This document shows positions 1 to 9,529 of a stretch of DNA of 64,000 nucleotides, piece after piece. Numbering within the stretch: the stretch's first letter is position 1; each line of letters starts with the position of its first letter. Under the pieces are notes generated by a model that was not told the origin of the DNA, ran no database searches, and saw nothing but the letters and a program-made list of their open reading frames with translations. Origin of the DNA: Selaginella moellendorffii (lineage: Eukaryota > Plantae > Lycopodiophyta); contig NW_003314312.1 in assembly GCF_000143415.4 (NCBI RefSeq), positions 1-64,000 of the forward strand, given 5' to 3'. The position numbers were made by a program, and so were the translations under genes.

Positions 1-145
1 AAAAAAGAAGCACCCAACTCCAGACACTACTATCCTATTACTTCATCTCTACATGACACTGCCTGAAAAGCCATTTGTATTAATTATATAACGTATACCT
101 ATGTATTATTGATATAGAATAAACATCGATAATGATAGGAAAAAT

Positions 146-3100
146 CTAATTAGCTCCAAAAGTTTTCTGCAACTCAGCAATAGTAAGGCTTGCTTGGTGT
201 ATATGAATATCCACTTTAGGATCCTGGTGCAAGATGTTGATGAAGATGTAGTACATATGCTTGCAAGGAGCATATGCCTTCCCATGTTCCTCGCGCTTCG
301 TAAAGTCTGGACATGTGCAAGAAGGAAAGTCGTGAATGGCAATTGTGTACTCTCCACCTTCTGTTTTGACTATGTACTCCTTTGCAAGCGCAGTGATGTA
401 CTTCGTAGAGAGAATCTCACACTCAAGTGTTTGAGCCAAGTTTATTTTACCTTGCTTCTGCTTGGAGACGGTACCAATAAATTTAACTGCTTTACCTTTT
501 CGTGCTGGCCTCCTGTGCATCTCTGTAGGAATAGTCCTGCTCCTGTCACTCATGTCTCCAACTCTCCTCTCAAGATTAAAACCAGATTTCTCAAGGTTTT
601 CAATCTCATCCGAGGTGAGCGCGACCCCATTAACAACTGGCCATTCTTTAGGTACTGCATCAGGTTTAGTCACTATAGTGTCTTCAAGCCGCTTCGTATG
701 GTTGGCGTCGGTGTTGCAACAATATAGCCAGCACCATCTTGAAAATCCTGCTTGCTTTCGTTCCCCATAGAAACATGGGGCTGGAACAGAAGCAGATTTT
801 TCACCACGAATCCAGGCCCAACACTTGCCCCTTGGAAGCATCCCCACACACCTTACATTTGATTTTGCTGGCACACGTCGGATTGCCCATTGCTTCGGCT
901 CCACACTACGGTAAGCAATTTCAACCTGTTGCGATGCACTCTCTTCATCAGCCACTTGAGGTGGCTCAGTCCGAGAGCGGTGTCTTGGAGCAGAATGGTA
1001 CTCGACATCAGGCCTGTGGGAGCTTTTTGCTCCAAGGTCCGTACCAACATCTTCCCCAGCAAAGGAAAAACGACGCTTTGAGCGAACAGTCTTCATATCA
1101 CCAATAGAAGCTCGGGGAGTGTACTCCATAGATGTGCCATGGACCACTTCCTCAACTGCAGTTGCCACTGTTCGGGCGGGTGGAGTTAATTTTCTCTTCA
1201 TCCTATCATGTAACATCTCAACAGAAGGCCCTGTTCCCATGTATCTTCCTTCCTCGAATGCCAGTGCTTTTGAAGATTGCTCTATAGCACGTATCAAATC
1301 TGATAGACAGGCTTCGTATAGACTCATCTTCCCTTTCCCTGCCTCAGAGGAACGCCAACTCCAATGCTTACTTTCGGAGAGATTCACAGTTGGGGTGTAT
1401 GCGAGGTCCTCAAGTGGTTGATCCTAATGGAAAAGGCAATATTAAAAGGTAATAAAAGGAGAAGAAAAAATATAAACCAACCTGAAAAGAGTGATGTCCC
1501 CATTGGAACATCCTAACTTCCCACCATCCTAACCATGACTCAAGTTGTGGTAGGCAACTTACGTCTGTATGGCCATCTTCACGCCACCACATTCGGATCT
1601 CGTTTGCTTTTGCCTCATGCTCTTCTTCAGAAGGTGCAACCTGCCATTGTTTGCACAACTCCTTAAATATTGATTGAAACTCTGGCTTGATAAGGTGGCA
1701 GTGCTGGTTTAGGCTTTGAGCCCAATGGAACTCACAAGTCCTCTCACGACCTTCCAATGGTTGACCATTCCCAAAAACTGCTCGGATACCATTCCAGTTT
1801 GCACCAGCCCCATCTGCCATGAAACCACGAAAGTTTGCAGGCTTACCAGTCCGCTTTAGGACAATATCAGAGAGGGACTTCCAAAATATTTCCTGTGCTG
1901 TCTAGTCTTGTACTTTAAACTCTGCTGTCGCAATTGTTAAGTTACAACGTAGCCTATGAAAACATAAATATTATAACAATTTCAATATAATGAGAATAAA
2001 AATTACCTTGGATCATACACATGAGCTCCCATGGTTGTCCAACCGGATACACGCTCCATATGGTCAAAATGTACCCATGCATTTGCAAGGTCACTGGACC
2101 CAAACATGTCCATTCGGGAGACAAGATCTACACCAGAGGCAGGGCCCATGGTAGACATTTTGAAGACGAAGGGGCGCTCTTGCTCATTCACAACTTGGTC
2201 TGGAAACAAACTTCCGTGGATGAACTCGTATGGACAGGTCCGTTTCAATTCAAGGATGGAGTCAATTTTTGATTGCAACTTCCCCTCTCGAGATTCACAC
2301 ATCCAAGATTTTATCCTAAACAATATAATGTAAGAAAAAATTATTATTATAACGTATGAAAAATAATGGATGTACCTCCTTAGGCTAGTAGCAGGTTGTA
2401 CTCCTCGTAGTAAGTCCCGCAAGCTAGCCTCGTTTAGTTGAGTCTTTTGGCAACCTGGATTGAGTAAGGTATTTGCGATAAAATCCTTGAGGACGGTCTT
2501 CTGAACATGCTTCGGAGTTGCAGATGAGTTTCTCATAGTCTCTTCCTGTACAGCATCTTTGAAACGGTTGAGAGAACTCCTTTGTATCCCTTCCTGCATT
2601 GGATGCATATGTGTGCCAACATGCACTGCAGCTCTTCCAGCCACTCCATCCCGTGGAAGAAAGTAGTACATCTTGGCCTCGCAGATAGCACGACATAGAG
2701 GAGCATTTTTGCAGAATCGACATTTGAATCCAACAGCAATGGTGTCACAGGCTGGAGGATTGACTGCAGACCCTTCGAAAAATATAGAGTTTCTAGAGCG
2801 GTCTCGATTGCATGCTTCATCCACACAATCTAAATGCCCGCCACAATGAACTATAGACACTGTGCCTTCAAAATGTTGGAAGTGTGTGGTCTTGATTTTG
2901 CACCAATTGTGGACATCCTGCTTGGTTTCCATCCCCTTCCGTTTGGAACCTGTGCTGCTGACAAGAGGTGGTAGCTCGAAGAAAATGTTGCCGTTGTAGG
3001 AGGATGGAAGCTCACTCACAAGCCTATACAAAAACAAGTGCACGTCGATTGAGAGGCGTGAAAATTGGAAAGCATTGCTAACGGCTTTGAATATTGCTGA

Positions 3101-3484
3101 AGTTGGAGCTGGAGCTGGTGAATTTGGCGCCGACACTAGCATGACATCTTCACTTGAACTAGAAGAGGACGAGAGGATAACGACTGACTCTTGCTTCACA
3201 TTCACTTTCGCTGGAGCGCATTTTGGCATTTTGACTGGAGATCCAAACACTCGAATCTCCTTCGACTTGGAATTTTGTAAATCCCATTGTTGTCCACCCT
3301 CGCCCACACCAGAAAGAAGAAACTCCGAGTATGCAACTATACCGGTGTCGTTGCGGATCACAGCCTCTAAAGAAATAGAGCCAAGACGAAGATCAAAACG
3401 CCGACATAAAAAACTTTCAGAAACAATACTCTGAGAGAATGAAAGAGGTGGGTGATCTCGAAAATGAAGAAGAAACCTCTCCAT
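146..3484 (-). pseudogene. MULE-family DDE transposase (GCM/WRKY-like N-terminal zinc domain, DDE core, C-terminal SWIM finger) with one in-frame stop
   Basis: GT-AG introns at 2316-2375, 1954-2006 and 1424-1481 join the ORFs in frame. Motifs: HCGGHLDC...C...CRFC...C...HVGTHMHP (GCM-like); VHFDH (D1); FMADGAGANWNGIRAVF...CEFHW (D2 plus the MULE CxxH motif); PTVNLSESKH (E); PSCTCPDF...PCKHMYYIF (SWIM). In-frame TAG at 1902-1904. The start codon is uncertain (3484 or 3229). Confidence 0.85.
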
Positions 3485-3704
3485 CCTTCTCAATAGGTTT
3501 TGGAGTTCTCTCTCTTTATGCTACTTGTAAAAATCTATAGTGAAACATAATTGAAATTTAAATAGAGTAATAAGAAGACAACGTACAAAATGAATTTAAA
3601 TTCTATAGCAAATTTAACATGTGTAAGTGTGACAGTATTAATATTACTGTCATCTATTATGATGTCTGATGCATGTATACACATAGATCCAAGGAAAGAT
3701 TTTC

Positions 3705-3942
3705 AGCACGTGAAGTTTGATAGTTAATAATGATACCAGTAATGACATTCTGCTATAACGTGTTAAACCAAGAGATCCAATCTAACTATCAGCACGTGTG
3801 ATATGTCAAGTTGTCAAATTTTAAGTGGTAGATGATAATAAATCTTGTCAAATCTTATTCTTCAATAACAGATTTGATTCGTAGTACAACTCAAGTTTTA
3901 TCCATAATTATGAACACTGCTCAATGACATTTAAAGCACGTG
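3705..3942. promoter_or_regulatory. Three AGCACGTG (G-box-containing) sites in the divergent intergenic region
   Basis: CACGTG at 3707, 3793 and 3937, each preceded by AG, in an otherwise AT-rich spacer between the transposase and the ParB-MTase gene. Confidence 0.35.
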
Positions 3943-4304
3943 CCTATTGTTTAGGATCTAATACAGTACAAAATAAATTTCTGGATGCGGATTCATCCAT
4001 TCATAGATGGATATAGTACAACATATTTTAACGTGCCTTATTTATACTCTTTGAAGTTCTTGTAACGATTCCAAAATATGTACAAAATAGTGATGAGAAT
4101 GCATCCTTTCTAGATAATTTGTAAAATATAATATCATATCTCTAATAACAGAAATGTTGATAGGTGCTAGTTATACCATCATTAAAATATACAAAATAAA
4201 GAAGCATAATTTACATATAATAATAATGATAAGATAAAATAAGATCAAAGATATTGTGATGGTTGAGATTTAGGTTATTCGGAATGAACGGCCAGGATGA
4301 GAGA

Positions 4305-4364
4305 TAGGTTAGGGTTAGGGCAGCCGTCAGGATTAGGGTTAGGGTAGCCGCCAAGATTAGGTTA
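4305..4364 (+). repeat. Short TTAGGG-containing tandem repeat (about 24-bp unit; telomere or telo-box-like)
   Basis: ggttagggttagggcagccgtcaggattagggttagggtagccgccaagattaggtta. Confidence 0.6.
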
Positions 4365-4411
4365 CTGTTCGCATCGTGAGTGGGTCGCGCGAGAGATCGA
4401 GAGATTGAGCG

Positions 4412-5328
4412 NNNNNNNNNNNNNNNNNNNNNNNNNNNNNNNNNNNNNNNNNNNNNNNNNNNNNNNNNNNNNNNNNNNNNNNNNNNNNNNNNNNNNNNNN
4501 NNNNNNNNNNNNNNNNNNNNNNNNNNNNNNNNNNNNNNNNNNNNNNNNNNNNNNNNNNNNNNNNNNNNNNNNNNNNNNNNNNNNNNNNNNNNNNNNNNNN
4601 NNNNNNNNNNNNNNNNNNNNNNNNNNNNNNNNNNNNNNNNNNNNNNNNNNNNNNNNNNNNNNNNNNNNNNNNNNNNNNNNNNNNNNNNNNNNNNNNNNNN
4701 NNNNNNNNNNNNNNNNNNNNNNNNNNNNNNNNNNNNNNNNNNNNNNNNNNNNNNNNNNNNNNNNNNNNNNNNNNNNNNNNNNNNNNNNNNNNNNNNNNNN
4801 NNNNNNNNNNNNNNNNNNNNNNNNNNNNNNNNNNNNNNNNNNNNNNNNNNNNNNNNNNNNNNNNNNNNNNNNNNNNNNNNNNNNNNNNNNNNNNNNNNNN
4901 NNNNNNNNNNNNNNNNNNNNNNNNNNNNNNNNNNNNNNNNNNNNNNNNNNNNNNNNNNNNNNNNNNNNNNNNNNNNNNNNNNNNNNNNNNNNNNNNNNNN
5001 NNNNNNNNNNNNNNNNNNNNNNNNNNNNNNNNNNNNNNNNNNNNNNNNNNNNNNNNNNNNNNNNNNNNNNNNNNNNNNNNNNNNNNNNNNNNNNNNNNNN
5101 NNNNNNNNNNNNNNNNNNNNNNNNNNNNNNNNNNNNNNNNNNNNNNNNNNNNNNNNNNNNNNNNNNNNNNNNNNNNNNNNNNNNNNNNNNNNNNNNNNNN
5201 NNNNNNNNNNNNNNNNNNNNNNNNNNNNNNNNNNNNNNNNNNNNNNNNNNNNNNNNNNNNNNNNNNNNNNNNNNNNNNNNNNNNNNNNNNNNNNNNNNNN
5301 NNNNNNNNNNNNNNNNNNNNNNNNNNNN
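4412..5328. other. Assembly gap (other gaps at 24325-24810, 30114-30213 and 63881-63980)
   Basis: Runs of N. Confidence 1.
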
Positions 5329-5329
5329 T

Positions 5330-8300
5330 CTTGAGGCGCTCAAGTGGCCAGGCCCTTGTGACTTGATCAGAGAAATCCCCCTTTGCCGTTTGCAGCAGAC
5401 GAACCTTGTCCGCACAGCATCCAAGTATGTCAACCCGGATATATACAGCTTGTTCAAACAGAATGGCCTTGCAACAAATATCGGTATGTTTCTAGTCTCT
5501 TTTTGCAAGCCAGGAACAACGGAGATCATTACTGTCACACCCGAGATTGTGAATAGCTGGGATCCTATTTGGAGGAGGAAGTCCCTAGAATTTGATGACA
5601 TGCTTATCAGACATCCTGAGACTCGACAGCTTGCGGGGACAATGTTCCAAATTATTGACGGTAACCACCGATATGGAGCTTGGATGAAGTGTATCGACGA
5701 TCATTTTCGCGATGATCCTGTCTACCATATCAACGTTCCAGTCGGCCATGTCTACGCGAGGGGACCTTTGGATGTCAACAGACTTATCTTGGCCTGCCAA
5801 AAGATCAATGCGTAAGTTTTATAATTTTACCTCTAACTCCACTTTAACTTGTTTTGTTGTGTTTAAATGTAGGCTTGGGCAGTTTGCTGTTCAAAAACAA
5901 AATCTTGTCCATGACATCGAGCAACTTCGATTTTTGGCAGACTTGAGTGAGGATGACATCCGCCAACATTATGGTGATGATCTCGCAACACTTGTTCGGC
6001 ACTCACGCACTCGAAATGACGGTACAACTTGGTTCAACAACCCAATCAGTTTTATGCTCGCTGTGTGGTGTAAGGTATGTCTTTCCCTTTTATTTTATAA
6101 AAGCCTCTTTTAATTGTTTTGGTTTTTAGCCTTTGGTGAAGGTCAAGCAGGATGCTTACGAACTTGCATATCTGGAGAAGAGTCGGGAAGAGCTCTCAGC
6201 TGAGTTTGTACAAATTGAGCACAAAATTCAGCATGCAAAGTCCTCAAAGTTGAAGAAACTAGTATGCATTGCAGACAATCGCAGGCCGAAGGAGTGGCTA
6301 GAGACTATAGCCGAAATTTCTTCTCATGAATGTAAGTTTTTTATCACACTTCATTTTTTTTAATTATGCATATGTTACTTTTGCAGTGAACAAAACTCCA
6401 GATGATATGATTTACAATATCGCAAAATCGAAGCTTCCATATAAGCAACAGATAGAGACTCTGGAGTTCCTCAATGTCTGCTTGATGAACAGAGAGAAAG
6501 GACTGCCAGAACTATTTGAGAACATGATGAGAAGGGCTGTCTACATCACGCAAACTATAAGTGAAGGTGAGAAGTTCTTGGCACCACACATTGGTGACGA
6601 TCCAGATGGCACATTCATGTCTTTCGACACCTACATCAACACGTCATTGGAAGGGATCGAAGAGGGGTGGCTGCCAGAGAAGTCTACAAGCACAACAACT
6701 TATGATTGCCAACATGGTTAACCTTATTTCATGCGACGTGCAGCTTATAGGTATAATATGATTTCTAAGACTGTTTTTTAATATATATTGTTTACAGGTA
6801 TCTTCGATATAGAGGCATGCCATTTGAGGCACCAGTTTGCACTCAACTTGTTGCAAAGGGTGTAAGAGATGGAGGAATGTATCCAACAATGTTTGCGAGA
6901 GTTCCAAAGGCACGGAAGATAGAATGCCCTTGGGAGTTGGAGCTCCTAGGGAAGGAGACCTCTACACTAGATCGCGAGGAAATTATCAATGCTAGCAACG
7001 ATGGCAATGCAAGTGACGATGGAGACGAGGATGAGGAAGCTCCAGATCAAGTTCATGTTCCACCACCAGACAATCAGGAACAGGCTCCAATTCAACCATC
7101 AAACAACCAAGATCCGGATCAGGTTTTACCAGTAAATAACGATGATCAAGTGGTTCACAGAATATCACGTCGACCTCGAGGTAAGCAAAAGTGAATTTTA
7201 CAAACTAAAGGTGGTAATACATGTTTTTTGCAGCAATGACTGTTGGCAGTAATTTCATTCCAGCTCGACGAGATGCTCGTGAAGAGGAGTTGGAGGAACT
7301 CTCATCGACAACACGCCATATGACGGTATCATACTATTTATTACTTTTTTCATTCACTTAGCTCTTTTATAGGTCCGTCCTGTGTCCCCAATAACACAAC
7401 GAGGCATTGTGGGTATCTTCATTGGCTCTTACAGTAGATTATTGACATCTTTCACGGAAGACGACATCAACATGGATATACGCCGCCAGTTCAACCGTTG
7501 GTGCCGAAAGATACAAAGGCCCGTGCTCCCAGTTGCGGACTTCATTCTCTTTGACTTTCCAGATGGTCTTTCAGATATCGATGGGAAAGTTGAGGATTGG
7601 AACTTTCTCACACCTGACCACTTGCGCGATGCATTCCTATTGTCCGAAGTACTTATGCTCGAAGCTGGCCATGTCGTCTTCATCCTACCGAATGACCCCA
7701 ACTGGATGTATGAGCTTATGACGTGCGCAGCAGAAGTTCATTTCAAGTCATTCTCTTCCGGGTGCATTATGGATCCTATTGGCGTTGATACAAGGGGCGT
7801 CCAAGGGAAGCCTGAAAAGGTGAGTATGTATTTTATAATTTTATCTAATTTCTAAACATTTTTATTTTCCAGGTTATGATGTGGACCTATCATGCCTTCT
7901 GCAGAAACACACATGATGGGTTTCGTGATAGCGAACGTGCAGCACGTGTTTTGCCTGGGTACGACAGTTCCACTAACATCATACCCAACCTTGTGGATGA
8001 GCAGATCCGCAACATGTTTCCAGGGTACCGATTCCGAACTCCATCAGCAATGCAAGTCTTGCTTGAGCTCTATTGCCCACCAGATGGTATTGTGATTGAT
8101 TGCACAGCAGGTAGTGGTTCTATGGTGGAGGTAGCACGTGACTCTGGTAGGTCGGTGTTTGCTATTGAAGAACATCATTTCTTCAAACGCCGGCTCAGAG
8201 GATTTCGTGAGTTGCCTTCAACCTCAAGGAGGTAAATTATGTTTATTAAAATTTCAATATATATTTCATTCTATTTTATAGATCACAATCACCTGGAGTT

Positions 8301-8444
8301 TCTAGAATTGGAGGCTTTCGAAGTCTCCCTGACTATGCAGAAGCCATGGCTCAACATATGCAAGGTGAATCTTCCCCACAATACCACTATAGGAGGAAGT
8401 ATAAAAGAAATCATTATGTTGATGATGAGGCAGAAGAAAGTTAA
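5330..8444 (+). pseudogene. ParB/Sulfiredoxin-like domain fused to a beta-class N6-adenine/N4-cytosine DNA methyltransferase (N6_N4_Mtase-like); 9 visible exons, 5' end in the gap, one in-frame TAA
   Basis: Exons <5330-5811, 5873-6074, 6130-6331, 6387-6750, 6798-7180, 7234-7325, 7373-7819, 7873-8231 and 8282-8444, all GT-AG and phase-consistent. ParB motif MFQIIDGNHRYGAW. Motif IV-like ADFILFDFPDG. Motifs X-I-II RTPSAMQVLLELYCPPDGIVIDCTAGSGSMVEVARDSGRSVFAIE. Acidic linker; C-terminus RNHYVDDEAEES*. TAA at 6719-6721. Confidence 0.8.
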
Positions 8445-8478
8445 TTGCATCCTTACATAAAATGGAAAGCTTGTTATA

Positions 8479-8543
8479 TGTTAGATGTCAGTAAAATTGT
8501 CAGATGTCAGTAAAATTGTTAGATGTCAGTGTCAGTGTCAGAT
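8479..8543 (+). repeat. 19-bp tandem repeat rich in TGTCAG
   Basis: tgttagatgtcagtaaaat / tgtcagatgtcagtaaaat / tgttagatgtcagtgtcagtgtcagat. Confidence 0.9.
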
Positions 8544-8753
8544 ACCATAATTATAGATTATCATTCTCACCTGTCACCATCACTTTGTAGCGTTTGTGTG
8601 TTGCCATCTCCTCCTTCAACATTTTGTAAGCAATTGTATGTGATATGATAGCACCTTCTAGAACAAGGTATGTTACCTACAACTAATATCATTTTATTAT
8701 ATTTTTTCTTTTAATAGTGACAATACTATAGTATAGTAAAGTAATTCTAGATC

Positions 8754-9299
8754 TTACATTCCACTATAGGGTGGCCTAAAAACCCCATATTTTGCACTAG
8801 CCAATGTAGTGTTTCCCAAGGGGATGTTGTTCCTCACCATGAAGCGATAGTGGGTATGTGTCTGTAACTCATTCTTGAATCTATTGTACATCCACATGTG
8901 CACATTTTCCAGACCTGCCGTTGGGCAATTCTTACAATGCTCAAGAAAAGTTTGTAAACCCATAGAGCCATTTGTCTTGTCCAAGAAAAAGTAGCATATT
9001 GGACACCGAATGTAATAGCGTTCTGTGCTTTCAAGTAGTCCTGCCATGTCAGGAGCAAGATCTTGCAAAAACATGTGGCATTGCTCTTGAAGCGCTAAAG
9101 GCAATCCCTCTCTAGTAGCAAGATCCGGAATTTCACATATAGGGAGCTCTAATTCAGCTTCACTAGAGCCCTCAGCAGAAAAAGGATTGTTACGTAGAGG
9201 TGAAGGTGGAATGTTGGTAGAACTTGGGGATGGAGGTGGAGATTGATATGAAATGCTGGGGGGCCAAGTACGATTAGCAATGGGTCTCCTTTGAGCCAT
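8754..9299 (-). CDS. Small intronless protein (181 aa) with a Pro/Ser-rich N-terminus and a putative C2HC (BED-like) zinc finger
   Basis: ORF from MAQRR (ATG at 9299); motif YIRCPICYFFLDKTNGSMGLQTFLEHCKNCP. Confidence 0.55.
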   Translation of the reverse strand: MAQRRPIANRTWPPSISYQSPPPSPSSTNIPPSPLRNNPFSAEGSSEAELELPICEIPDLATREGLPLALQEQCHMFLQDLAPDMAGLLESTERYYIRCPICYFFLDKTNGSMGLQTFLEHCKNCPTAGLENVHMWMYNRFKNELQTHTHYRFMVRNNIPLGNTTLASAKYGVFRPPYSGM

Positions 9300-9387
9300 T
9301 TCAATATAAACTTCTAAGGAGCTCAAGGAGAACAAAAAACCTACAATGACTATAACTTTTCTAGATAGTTTATATACTAAGTTTTAG

Positions 9388-9529
9388 TCTTGGGAATGCG
9401 GTTTATTTATTATGACACTGACAATACTCAGATTCTTGGGAACAAGGTTTATTTATTATGACACTGACATTACTCAGATTCTTGGGAATGAGGTTTATTT
9501 ATTATGACACTGACAATACTCAGATTCTT
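9388..9529 (+). repeat. 3 x 46-bp tandem repeat
   Basis: Unit tcttgggaatgcggtttatttattatgacactgacaatactcagat at 9388, 9434 and 9480. Confidence 0.95.

Noticed and set aside
4305-4364. TTAGGG repeats as a true telomere or chromosome end
   Set aside because: Only about 4 interrupted units, internal, with genes on both sides.
4357-5366. Long ORFs spanning N runs (also 24205-24867 and 30002-30293)
   Set aside because: Artefacts of translating assembly gaps.
5330-8444. Bacterial or phage contamination as the source of the ParB-MTase
   Set aside because: The gene has eight spliceosomal introns of host-typical size and is contiguous with plant retroelements.
9388-9529. 46-bp repeats as a CRISPR array
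   Set aside because: Head-to-tail units with no unique spacers, no cas genes, and a eukaryotic context.
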